Assembly (NCBI GenBank): GCA_964448505.1
Contig: CAYUWA010000005.1
Location: 2,726 to 50,102, forward strand
Reading direction: 5' to 3'
Source: an uncultured Gammaproteobacteria bacterium
Lineage (GTDB): Bacteria; Patescibacteriota; Patescibacteriia; Patescibacteriales; UBA12465
DNA length: 47,377 bases
Positions 1 through 7,855 of this stretch are shown piece after piece. Below the pieces are notes generated by a model. That model searched no databases and was not told the origin of the DNA. It saw only the letters and a list, made by a program, of their open reading frames with translations. Made by a program: the position numbers and the translations under genes. Each line of letters opens with the position of its first letter. Within the stretch, counting starts at the first letter, position 1.

Positions 1-55
1 GGTAGTACGCATGCATGGGGTGCATGTAGCCCGGGTTCAATTCCCGGCACCCCGA
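1..55 (+). tRNA. tRNA-Pro(GGG), 3' portion only, truncated by the window edge
   Basis: Anticodon stem catgc/gcatg with loop atGGGgt. T-arm ccggg-ttcaatt-cccgg. 3' acceptor caccccg plus discriminator a, implying the C1:G72 pair typical of bacterial tRNA-Pro. No encoded CCA. Confidence 0.7.
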
Positions 56-70
56 CATTTAAAATAATTA

Positions 71-143
71 GGGCTTGTAGCTCATCTGGTAGAGCGCTGC
101 ATTCGCATTGCAGAGGTAAGGGGTTCGAGTCCCCTCAAGTCCA
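71..143 (+). tRNA. tRNA-Ala(CGC)
   Basis: 73-nt cloverleaf. Acceptor gggcttg/caagtcc carries the G3:U70 alanine identity pair. Anticodon stem ctgca/tgcag with loop ttCGCat. T-arm agggg-ttcgagt-cccct. No encoded CCA. Confidence 0.9.
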
Positions 144-145
144 CT

Positions 146-340
146 ATTAATAAAGCATTCGAGCGAAGCTTGAATGATTTATTATAGTTTGATAGGGACT
201 CGAACCAGCGGCAAGCGAAATATGAGCTGAGGCGGAAGCCGAAGCGAATAATTGAGCGACGATAAACGCGACTAAAGGAGCGTTTAGCGGCCGGTCTGGA
301 CAAGCGAACTTTTCGCATTATGGCGAAAAGTGAGTGCGAA
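146..340 (+). other. Hairpin-rich 195-nt insert between tRNA-Ala and a second copy of its 3' end; candidate ncRNA or recombination scar
   Basis: Hairpins cattc..gaatg (156-176), taaacgc/gcgttta (263-286) and acttttcgc/gcgaaaagt (308-331). Many GCGAA/GAAGC motifs. Inverted copy of the tRNA-Ala T-loop (gggactcgaacc, about 196-207). The overlapping 91-aa and 63-aa ORFs look spurious. Confidence 0.3.
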
Positions 341-361
341 AGTCTCCTCAAGTCCACTTTA

Positions 362-432
362 CGGGCTATGGTATAACGGTATTATACACGCTTCGGGTGC
401 GTGTGACCCCGGTTCAATTCCGGGTAGCCCGA
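362..432 (+). tRNA. tRNA-Pro(CGG)
   Basis: 71 nt. Acceptor cgggcta/tagcccg (C1:G72) plus discriminator a. Anticodon stem cacgc/gcgtg with loop ttCGGgt. T-arm cccgg-ttcaatt-ccggg. No CCA. Confidence 0.85.
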
Positions 433-436
433 CAGC

Positions 437-464
437 GATTGCCGAAGCTTTAGCGAAGGCAATC
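437..464 (+). repeat. tRNA-trailing hairpin (gattgcc-gaagctttagcgaa-ggcaatc), copy 1
   Basis: 7-bp stem starting 4 nt after the tRNA-Pro 3' end. It shares a 13-nt core, gccgaagctttag, with copy 2 at 15735-15761. Confidence 0.5.
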
Positions 465-500
465 TATGACTCGCCGTATCAGAAAGTACGAAGGCAGTCT

Positions 501-530
501 TTGACAGAAAGCTGTTTTTAAAGCTATAAT
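501..530 (+). promoter_or_regulatory. Sigma70-type promoter for the LCP gene
   Basis: TTGACA (501-506), 18-nt spacer, TATAAT (525-530). It lies 60 nt upstream of the ATG at 591. Confidence 0.5.
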
Positions 531-590
531 AACAAAAGAAAAATACTATTAACAGAATTCTTCAATTCAGACAGAATTTTTTTATTATTT

Positions 591-2069
591 ATGATTGATT
601 TCAAGAAAAAAATGGAAGAACAGACCAGAAAAGAGCAAAGAGGTCTTTCAAGATGGGAACAGGATGAATTGCTTATTAATAGCAAAAAAAAGAAGAGATT
701 TACCACTTATTTAATAGCGATTATCGTTATTGCTCTAATTTTCTCCGGCCGAGTAATTATGTCTAGCCAAAGTGCTACCGACTGGTTACCGGGAGGCAGT
801 TTTTTTAATAAATTGAAGCATTTAATTCCTAGCACCGATAAACAACTTAAAGGGGAAGAAGCAGACAGAATTAACGTTCTCTTAATCGGTATGGGCGGGG
901 AAGGTCACGATGGCGCGTACTTAGCCGATACTATAATCCTCGCCAGCTTTAAACCGTCAACTAAACAAGTTGCTCTTATATCTATTCCGCGAGATTTATC
1001 TGTACCCCTTGCTTCGGCTGGCTGGAGAAAGGTAAATAATATAAACGCTTTCGCTGAAAACAAAGAAAAAGGAAGTGGGGGTGAAGCGATGATTAGTTCA
1101 TTAAGCGAATTATTTGATATTAAAATAGATTATTATGTCAGGGCTGATTTTGAAGGATTTAAAGACGTAATTGATGAAATTGGAGGGATAGAAGTAAATG
1201 TAGAGAATACTTTTGACGATTATACTTATCCGATAAACGGTCAAGAAGATTATCCTGACTACTACGCGCGCTTTGAACATCTTCATATTGATGCCGGCCC
1301 ACAAAGAATGAACGGAAGTCTTGCTTTAAAATACGCGAGAAGCCGTCACGCTTACGGAATAGAGGGCTCGGATTTCTCTCGAGCTAAAAGACAACAATTA
1401 ATTCTAGAAGCGGTAAAAACAAAATTATTATCCAGACAAACTTTATTGAATCCAGTTATGATTGGCAAGCTGGTTAATGAGTTTAGTAAAAATATTTCTA
1501 CTAACTTAAACGTCTGGGAAATGATTAAGTTTTGGAATTTATTTAAAGATGTAAATAAAGACCAAATTATTAATAAAGTATTAAGCGACGCTCCGGGCGG
1601 TCTTTTGGTTTCAGCTATCAGTTCCGAGGGTGCTTATATCTTAGCTCCGGTAAGCGGCAATTTTTCAAAAATAAAATTAATGATCCAAGATATCTTTGGA
1701 GAAACTGCCGGGGACGAAAATAATAGTTACAATAAGCCAGCCGAAAAAGAGACCATAAAAATCTCTGGAGAAGCAAGCGTAATTATCAATAACGGAACTT
1801 TTATCGGAGGGTTAGCAAGCTCAACGGCAACCGAACTTAAAGAATCAAATTTTGAAATATTAAAAATCGGCAATGCACCTGAACGGAATTATAAAGAAAC
1901 AGTAGTTTACGATTTGAGCTACGGGAAAAAAAATGATTCCTTGTCCGCATTAAAGAAAATAACTGGAGCTACTCAATTATTTGATTCCCCTGAGTGGTTA
2001 AACAATTTAAAAACAGAAACGAATGAGCCGGCCGACTTTTTATTAATTCTTGGAGAAAACGCGAAGTAA
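591..2069 (+). CDS. LytR-CpsA-Psr (LCP) family cell-envelope phosphotransferase with a LytR_C-like C-terminal domain
   Basis: N-terminal TM segment. LCP core RINVLLIGMGGEGHDGAYLADTIILASF...ISIPRDL...NNINAF. Confidence 0.85.
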   Translation: MIDFKKKMEEQTRKEQRGLSRWEQDELLINSKKKKRFTTYLIAIIVIALIFSGRVIMSSQSATDWLPGGSFFNKLKHLIPSTDKQLKGEEADRINVLLIGMGGEGHDGAYLADTIILASFKPSTKQVALISIPRDLSVPLASAGWRKVNNINAFAENKEKGSGGEAMISSLSELFDIKIDYYVRADFEGFKDVIDEIGGIEVNVENTFDDYTYPINGQEDYPDYYARFEHLHIDAGPQRMNGSLALKYARSRHAYGIEGSDFSRAKRQQLILEAVKTKLLSRQTLLNPVMIGKLVNEFSKNISTNLNVWEMIKFWNLFKDVNKDQIINKVLSDAPGGLLVSAISSEGAYILAPVSGNFSKIKLMIQDIFGETAGDENNSYNKPAEKETIKISGEASVIINNGTFIGGLASSTATELKESNFEILKIGNAPERNYKETVVYDLSYGKKNDSLSALKKITGATQLFDSPEWLNNLKTETNEPADFLLILGENAK

Positions 2070-2078
2070 TTAATTATT

Positions 2079-3497
2079 ATGAAAGATATTTCTGAAAACA
2101 AAATAACAACCGAAAAGATATTGCCCTTAGTAGCAATTTGCGGACGAACCAATGTTGGGAAATCAACGCTTTTTAATTGCTTTATAGAAAAGAAACAAGC
2201 GCTTGTTTCTAATATCCCGGGAACAACTCGTGATAGTAATATCGGAATAGTTGAATGGGCCAGTAGCGCCTTTGAGTTAGTTGATACAGCCGGTCTTTTA
2301 GACTGGCGTTATTTAAGCGAGAAGAAAATTAAAAAGGATGATATTGATAGCCAAGCGCAGAATCAAGCTCTTTCGTATTTTGACCAAGCTAAGCTTATTT
2401 TGTTTTTAGTTGATACAAAAACCGGACCGCTTCCGGAAGATAAAGAATTGGCGCTGGCGATAAACAGGATGAAGAAATATAAGAATAAAGTTCTGCTTGT
2501 TGCCAATAAAGTTGATAATTTTAAATCGGCTTCTGAAACCGCTCAATTTAATAAGCTCGGGCTAGGAGAACCAGTCCCTATTTCCGCTGCGAGCGGTATG
2601 GGCACGGGAGACTTGCTTGATATAATAATAAATAAAATTGATAAGAGCAAAAAAAACAAAAAAAGAATTATTCCTGAAGATGAAAATGAAATTAATGTTT
2701 GTATTATCGGAAAGCCGAATGTCGGGAAGTCTTCACTTCTTAACGCCGTCTTGGGATATGAAAGAGTTATTGTAAGCCCGATAGCGCATACTACCCGAGA
2801 GCCGCAAAATACAGAAATATTTTATAAAGGACATAAAATTAATTTAGTTGATACGGCCGGTATTTCTAAACAAGGTAAAAAAACCAAAGGTCTTGAGCAA
2901 TATGGTATAATGAAGTCACTTACCTCCTTAGCTAAAGCGGATATTGCCCTATTAGTTCTAGATATTAGCGAACCCCTAACTCACCAGGATTGTAAAATGG
3001 TCCAAGAAGTCGCTGACCGCCAAAAGAGCTTGGTTTTCATCGCCAATAAATGGGATAAAATTCCGGACAGAAGCACAAAAAAATGGACGGAAATACTATA
3101 TGATAAAATGCCTTTTGCCGCTTGGGCACCAATTCAGTTTATCTCTGCCAAGACCGGAGAAAAGGTTAATAAGATTTTAGATTTAGTTATAGAAATCGCT
3201 AAACAAAGAAAATTAGAATTAAGCGATTCTCAAACGGAAAAGTTCCTAAAACACGTTGTTAAAATTCATAAACCAGCTAAGGGCAAAGGACTTAAGGCGC
3301 CACGTATTTATGAGTTTGCTCAAATTAAGTCTAACCCGCCTTCATTTATTTTGAGAATCGGGCCAAACGATGACTTACATTTCTCCTATGTTAGATTTGT
3401 AGAAAATAGACTGCGCGAACGACATAGCTTTGTCGGCACGCCAATTCATATCACCGTAATTAAAAAACATAAATCTCACACTACTTATAACGAATAA
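2079..3497 (+). CDS. der: Ribosome-biogenesis GTPase Der (EngA), two tandem GTPase domains
   Basis: Two P-loops (GRTNVGKST and GKPNVGKSS), two DTAG and two NKxD motifs, and a KH-like C-terminus. Confidence 0.95.
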   Translation: MKDISENKITTEKILPLVAICGRTNVGKSTLFNCFIEKKQALVSNIPGTTRDSNIGIVEWASSAFELVDTAGLLDWRYLSEKKIKKDDIDSQAQNQALSYFDQAKLILFLVDTKTGPLPEDKELALAINRMKKYKNKVLLVANKVDNFKSASETAQFNKLGLGEPVPISAASGMGTGDLLDIIINKIDKSKKNKKRIIPEDENEINVCIIGKPNVGKSSLLNAVLGYERVIVSPIAHTTREPQNTEIFYKGHKINLVDTAGISKQGKKTKGLEQYGIMKSLTSLAKADIALLVLDISEPLTHQDCKMVQEVADRQKSLVFIANKWDKIPDRSTKKWTEILYDKMPFAAWAPIQFISAKTGEKVNKILDLVIEIAKQRKLELSDSQTEKFLKHVVKIHKPAKGKGLKAPRIYEFAQIKSNPPSFILRIGPNDDLHFSYVRFVENRLRERHSFVGTPIHITVIKKHKSHTTYNE

Positions 3498-3499
3498 TT

Positions 3500-4039
3500 A
3501 TGAAAATTATTGTCGGGCTCGGAAATCCGGGCGAACAATATAAGAATACACGCCATAATATTGGCTGGCTCTATCTTGATTTTTTGCTGGGCGATGTTAA
3601 ATGGAGCGAAAATAAAAAGTTTAACGCCTTAGTTTTTGAAGACGGCGAATTTTTGTTTGTTAAACCGACGACTTTTATGAATGAGTCCGGACAAAGCGTT
3701 TATAAAGTATTAAATTACTATAAACTACTGCCAAAAACGCTTGGATTAATTAATAAAAAGGAAAGCGACTTAAATAATTCTTTAACTATTATCCAAGACG
3801 ACTTGGATTTAAATTTCGGGGATTTTAAAATTGCGACCGATTCGGGCAGCGCCGGTCACAGGGGAATTCAATCAATAATTAATTATTTAAAAACTAAGAA
3901 GTTTACTAGAATAAGACTGGGCATAAAGAACGAACTATTTAAGGTTCATATCCCGCCGGAAAAATTTGTTCTTCAACCGTTTAATAAAGAAGAGAAAGAT
4001 AAATTGCCGGAACTATTTTCAAAATTAAATATAAAATAA
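3500..4039 (+). CDS. pth: Peptidyl-tRNA hydrolase
   Basis: N-terminus GLGNPGEQYKNTRHNIGW; FMNESGQSV; DDLDL. Confidence 0.95.
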   Translation: MKIIVGLGNPGEQYKNTRHNIGWLYLDFLLGDVKWSENKKFNALVFEDGEFLFVKPTTFMNESGQSVYKVLNYYKLLPKTLGLINKKESDLNNSLTIIQDDLDLNFGDFKIATDSGSAGHRGIQSIINYLKTKKFTRIRLGIKNELFKVHIPPEKFVLQPFNKEEKDKLPELFSKLNIK

Positions 4040-4043
4040 AGAT

Positions 4044-4079
4044 AAAATCCTCCTAAAAAACTTAGGGGGATTTTATTTT
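4044..4079 (+). terminator. Rho-independent terminator after pth
   Basis: aaaatcctcctaa / ttagggggatttt stem followed by a T-run. Confidence 0.7.
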
Positions 4080-4088
4080 ACCAAATCT

Positions 4089-5228
4089 ATGAAAGAAGAA
4101 CACACAAACCGCGATTATTTTTTAGCCTTCAATCATTTTATCGGAATCGGCCCGATAAGATTCAAAAAAATTGAGTCTTATTTTTCAAGTCTTTCTGAAG
4201 CATTTTGGGCTAATAGTGATGAATTAGAAAAAGCCGGACTAGAAACAAAAATTATAAAAGAATTTATAAAGTGGCGAGTTAGTTTTTCTTTAGAAAGAGC
4301 GATTAAAACTTTAAAGGAAGAAAAAATAAGTTTTGTAACTTGGCATGATTATAATTATCCAAAATTACTTTTAGAAATTTCCTCTCCGCCGCCGATTTTA
4401 TATTATAAGGGAATTCTGAGAGCAGACGAGGAGAACGAGCCTTTGTCGCTAGCGGTTGTCGGGGCGAGAAATCATAGTCCTTATGCCGAAAAATCAATTA
4501 ATGAGTTAATTGGCCCGCTAATTTACCATCGTATAGAAATAATAAGTGGTCTCGCCTATGGGATTGACTCGTTAGCGCATAGAGCCGCTTTAAACGCCAA
4601 GGGCAGAACTATGGCGGTTTTAGGTTCCGGGCTAAGCCAAATAAATATTTATCCGCTTGAGAATAAAAAATTAGCCGACGATATAATTAAAAACGGCGGA
4701 GCGATAATTTCCGAGTTTCCGCCCGACACTCCACCGATTAAATCAAATTTCCCTCGAAGAAATAGAATAATTTCCGGTTTAAGCCAAGCAACCTTAATTA
4801 TTGAAGCGAAACAAAAATCGGGCTCGCTTATTACAGCAAGCTACGCTCTAGAACAAAACCGCGATGTTTTAGCCGTTCCGGGAAGTATTTTTTCGCTTCT
4901 TTCAGGCGGAACGAACAAGTTAATTCAAGACGGGGCAAAACTTATAACTTGTTTTGGCGATATTCTTGAAGTTTTTAATATTAATGTCAAAAAGACATCT
5001 CCAAAGATTAACCGACAAATTAGTTTTGATTTTAAAACTGAAAATAACAATGAAAAAATTATTCTAGACATTCTTCTTGAGGCGAATAAAGCTGGGGAAA
5101 GTTTAACAACTGACGAGTTAATCAAAAAAACAAAACTTGACACAGCAATAATAAATAGTACACTAAGTATATTGGAAGTGCGAGAAGTGATTAAAAATGA
5201 CGACGGGAAATATAGCTTAAATATATAA
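4089..5228 (+). CDS. dprA: DNA-processing protein DprA (Smf)
   Basis: Rossmann-like core VVGARNHSPYAEK...SGLAYGIDSLAHRAAL...PRRNRIISGLS with a C-terminal winged-helix-like tail. The dprA-topA neighbourhood is conserved. Confidence 0.9.
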   Translation: MKEEHTNRDYFLAFNHFIGIGPIRFKKIESYFSSLSEAFWANSDELEKAGLETKIIKEFIKWRVSFSLERAIKTLKEEKISFVTWHDYNYPKLLLEISSPPPILYYKGILRADEENEPLSLAVVGARNHSPYAEKSINELIGPLIYHRIEIISGLAYGIDSLAHRAALNAKGRTMAVLGSGLSQINIYPLENKKLADDIIKNGGAIISEFPPDTPPIKSNFPRRNRIISGLSQATLIIEAKQKSGSLITASYALEQNRDVLAVPGSIFSLLSGGTNKLIQDGAKLITCFGDILEVFNINVKKTSPKINRQISFDFKTENNNEKIILDILLEANKAGESLTTDELIKKTKLDTAIINSTLSILEVREVIKNDDGKYSLNI

Positions 5229-5242
5229 ACACGGAGAAATAT

Positions 5243-7468
5243 ATGGATTTAATTATTGTAGAATCTCCAACTAAAGCCAAGACTATCAATAAATTTTTGG
5301 GAAAGTCTTACCAAGTCGAATCATCATTCGGCCATATTCGCGATTTGCCGACTAGCAAAATGGGGATTGATATTGAAAATAATTTTGTCCCGACTTATGT
5401 TGTCCCGACAAAAGCTAAAAAAACCGTCTCGGGATTGAAAGCATTGGCCGCTAAAGCAAGCGATGTTATTTTAGCCTCTGATGAAGACCGCGAAGGAGAG
5501 GCAATTGCTTGGCACTTGGCTGAAGCTCTAAAACTTGATAAAACAAAAATTAAAAGAATTGTCTTTCACGAAATAACGAAAGAGGCAATTTTAAAGGCTC
5601 TAGAAACACCGCGACAAATAGACCAAAATATGGTTGACGCTCAACAAGCGAGACGTATTTTAGATCGCTTGGTCGGTTACGAGCTCTCACCTTTTCTTTG
5701 GAAGAAAGTTGCCAAAGGACTATCAGCCGGTCGCGTTCAAAGTGTAGCGACTCGTCTTATTGTTGAACGCGAAAAAGAAATCAAAGAATTTATTACTGAA
5801 GAGTATTGGAGTTTAAGTGCCGAACTAAACACCAAGCAGAAACAACAGTTTACAGCAGAACTGTATAAAATAAACGGAAAAACTTTTAATAAACTAGAAA
5901 TTAAAAAAGAACGGGCAGAAGATTTGAAAAAAATTCTTGAGTCGTCGGATTATTCAATTGTAAAAATTGAGAAGAAAGAAGTAAATAAGAATCCTCTCGC
6001 TCCGTTTACAACCTCAACTCTTCAACAAGCGGCTAACCGTCACCTTGGTTATAGCGCCAAGCAGACTATGACGGTCGCTCAGAAACTTTACGAACAAGGC
6101 TATATTACCTATATGAGAACCGATTCCCTAAATCTTTCTCCTAAATTTTTAAGCGACGCTGAACTCTGGATAAATACTAAGCTCGGAAAAGAATACGCGG
6201 TAAACGGCGGAAGAGTATTTAAAAACAAGAGTAAAAATGCTCAAGAAGCTCATGAGGCAGTAAGACCGACCGAGGCGAGCACGAGCCCTGAGATGTTAGA
6301 CGGTAAGTTAGATAAGAATCAAGAACGTCTATACAAATTAATTTGGCAGAGAGCGGTTGCCAGTCAAATGACCGCCGCAAAATTAGCCGCAACAGTTATT
6401 GATATTGAAGCTTCCGGAAAAGAACAATTAAATATTCTAAGAGCAAGCGGACAAATATTAATTTTTCCGGGATACTTAAAAGTTTGGCCGGAAAAAACTA
6501 AAGAACAAGAATTGCCGAATATGGAAGAAAAAGAAATTCTAGAACTACTGAAAATTAACGCCGAAGAACATAGCACTAATCCTCCGGCTCGTTACTCTGA
6601 CGCCGGATTAGTAAAAGAACTTGAGAAATACGGAATCGGCCGCCCTTCAACTTACGCCCCAACTATAAATACTATTATTGTCCGAAACTATGTTGAACGA
6701 GATGAGAATAAGCGATTAAAACCAACGGAGATTGCCTTTGTAGTAACAAATTTATTAACCGATCATTTTCCAAAAATCGTAGATTATAAATTCACGGCCA
6801 AATTGGAAGATGATTTAGACTTAATAGCCGAAGGGGAGAAAAAATGGCAACCGGTTATTAGTGATTTTTATACTGAATTTCATGATAATTTAACCAATAA
6901 ATATCAAGAGATTCAAAAAAGTGATATTATGCCCGAAGAAACATCAGACGAAATCTGCGATAAGTGCGGCGCCAAGATGATTATTAAAACTGGACGTTAC
7001 GGTAAATTCTTGGCTTGCAGCGCTTTTCCTGATTGTAAAAATATTAAAAAAATGCCAGGCGGTACCGGGGTTTATGAAAAGAAAGAGGTAAGTAAAGAGG
7101 CGCTAGAACTTCAAAAGAAATACGAAGACGAAGTTTGTGAAAAATGCGGCTCCAAAATGGCTGTCCGGGTCGGAAAATTCGGACCCTTCCTTGCTTGCTC
7201 GGCTTATCCAAAATGTAAAAATATTAAAAATATCGCCGGCGCTTCGGGAACAGGGAAAGAAGTTGATTGTCCGATTTGTAAAGAAGGAAAAATTGTTAAA
7301 AAATTTAGCCGCCGCGGCGCCTTTTACGCTTGTAATAACTATCCAAACTGTAAAAACGCCTATTGGGGAGAACCGACAGGAGAAGAATGTAAAGAGTGTG
7401 GCGGACTGATGATAAAAGATACAAAAAGCGGGAAAATAAAATGTAGTAATAAGGAATGCGGGGAATAA
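5243..7468 (+). CDS. topA: DNA topoisomerase I (type IA) with four C-terminal C4 zinc ribbons
   Basis: TOPRIM start MDLIIVESPTKAKTI, DEDREGE, active-site region GYITYMRTDS, and four CxxC...CxxxxC repeats at the C-terminus. GGAG Shine-Dalgarno upstream. Confidence 0.95.
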   Translation: MDLIIVESPTKAKTINKFLGKSYQVESSFGHIRDLPTSKMGIDIENNFVPTYVVPTKAKKTVSGLKALAAKASDVILASDEDREGEAIAWHLAEALKLDKTKIKRIVFHEITKEAILKALETPRQIDQNMVDAQQARRILDRLVGYELSPFLWKKVAKGLSAGRVQSVATRLIVEREKEIKEFITEEYWSLSAELNTKQKQQFTAELYKINGKTFNKLEIKKERAEDLKKILESSDYSIVKIEKKEVNKNPLAPFTTSTLQQAANRHLGYSAKQTMTVAQKLYEQGYITYMRTDSLNLSPKFLSDAELWINTKLGKEYAVNGGRVFKNKSKNAQEAHEAVRPTEASTSPEMLDGKLDKNQERLYKLIWQRAVASQMTAAKLAATVIDIEASGKEQLNILRASGQILIFPGYLKVWPEKTKEQELPNMEEKEILELLKINAEEHSTNPPARYSDAGLVKELEKYGIGRPSTYAPTINTIIVRNYVERDENKRLKPTEIAFVVTNLLTDHFPKIVDYKFTAKLEDDLDLIAEGEKKWQPVISDFYTEFHDNLTNKYQEIQKSDIMPEETSDEICDKCGAKMIIKTGRYGKFLACSAFPDCKNIKKMPGGTGVYEKKEVSKEALELQKKYEDEVCEKCGSKMAVRVGKFGPFLACSAYPKCKNIKNIAGASGTGKEVDCPICKEGKIVKKFSRRGAFYACNNYPNCKNAYWGEPTGEECKECGGLMIKDTKSGKIKCSNKECGE

Positions 7469-7496
7469 TATATAATTACTAAACGTAACAATCTTT

Positions 7497-7528
7497 AAAA
7501 GAAGCACCTAGCGGCGCTTCTTTTTTTG
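7497..7528. terminator. Bidirectional terminator between topA and the convergent small gene
   Basis: agaagc...gcttct stem flanked by an A-run and a T7 run. Confidence 0.6.
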
Positions 7529-7551
7529 TCGTTTTTTATACTCTAATTAAT

Positions 7552-7845
7552 TTATTTCTTTTTAGCGGTTTTTTTATTCTCTCTCTTTTCTTTTATAAAC
7601 TCCATTGCTTTTTTTGCTAGTTCTCCAAGAATCATAAAGTAGGCGCCACTATTTTTCAATTTGTTTTTTGCTAAATCAACAAGCTCTTCTATTTTTACAA
7701 CGCCAGTTTCAATTTTTTTAATAATCCTATTCGCTCGCCGCATATTGGCGATGAAATAATACAAGGACCAACATAAGAAGAAAGTTAAAACGGCGATACA
7801 AAGCGCTAAAACTAAATGCAAGACGTCTAATGAAGTTGAAAACAT
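7552..7845 (-). CDS. Small membrane-anchored coiled-coil protein, function unknown
   Basis: One N-terminal TM helix, then a charged helical region and a Lys-rich tail. No recognisable catalytic motif. Confidence 0.5.
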   Translation of the reverse strand: MFSTSLDVLHLVLALCIAVLTFFLCWSLYYFIANMRRANRIIKKIETGVVKIEELVDLAKNKLKNSGAYFMILGELAKKAMEFIKEKRENKKTAKKK

Positions 7846-7855
7846 AAAAATATAT

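Noticed and set aside
146-358. Possible tmRNA (ssrA), SRP RNA or RNase P RNA in the tRNA-Ala-like insert
   Set aside because: The tRNA-Ala-like 3' end and G:U identity pair prompted a tmRNA check. No matching 5' acceptor strand, no plausible resume codon or Ala-rich tag frame, and no T-arm are present. The ggc-GGAA-gcc loop and the gcgaaagtc string only superficially resemble SRP domain IV and RNase P CR-I, and the element is too short for RNase P.
82-521. Track ORFs 82..357 (-, 91 aa) and 330..521 (+, 63 aa)
   Set aside because: They overlap tRNA-Ala, tRNA-Pro and the hairpin-rich spacer. Their Arg/Ser-rich, low-complexity translations look like read-through of structured RNA, not protein.
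7103-7507. 134-aa antisense ORF inside the topA zinc-ribbon region, plus similar shadow ORFs at 8964..9476, 9825..10172, 12104..12340, 34929..35276, 36109..36399, 37822..38127 and 40420..40725
   Set aside because: All lie antisense to or out of frame with genes carrying unmistakable conserved motifs. Their translations are low-complexity (Ser/Phe/Leu/Ile-rich), as expected for shadow frames in AT-rich DNA.
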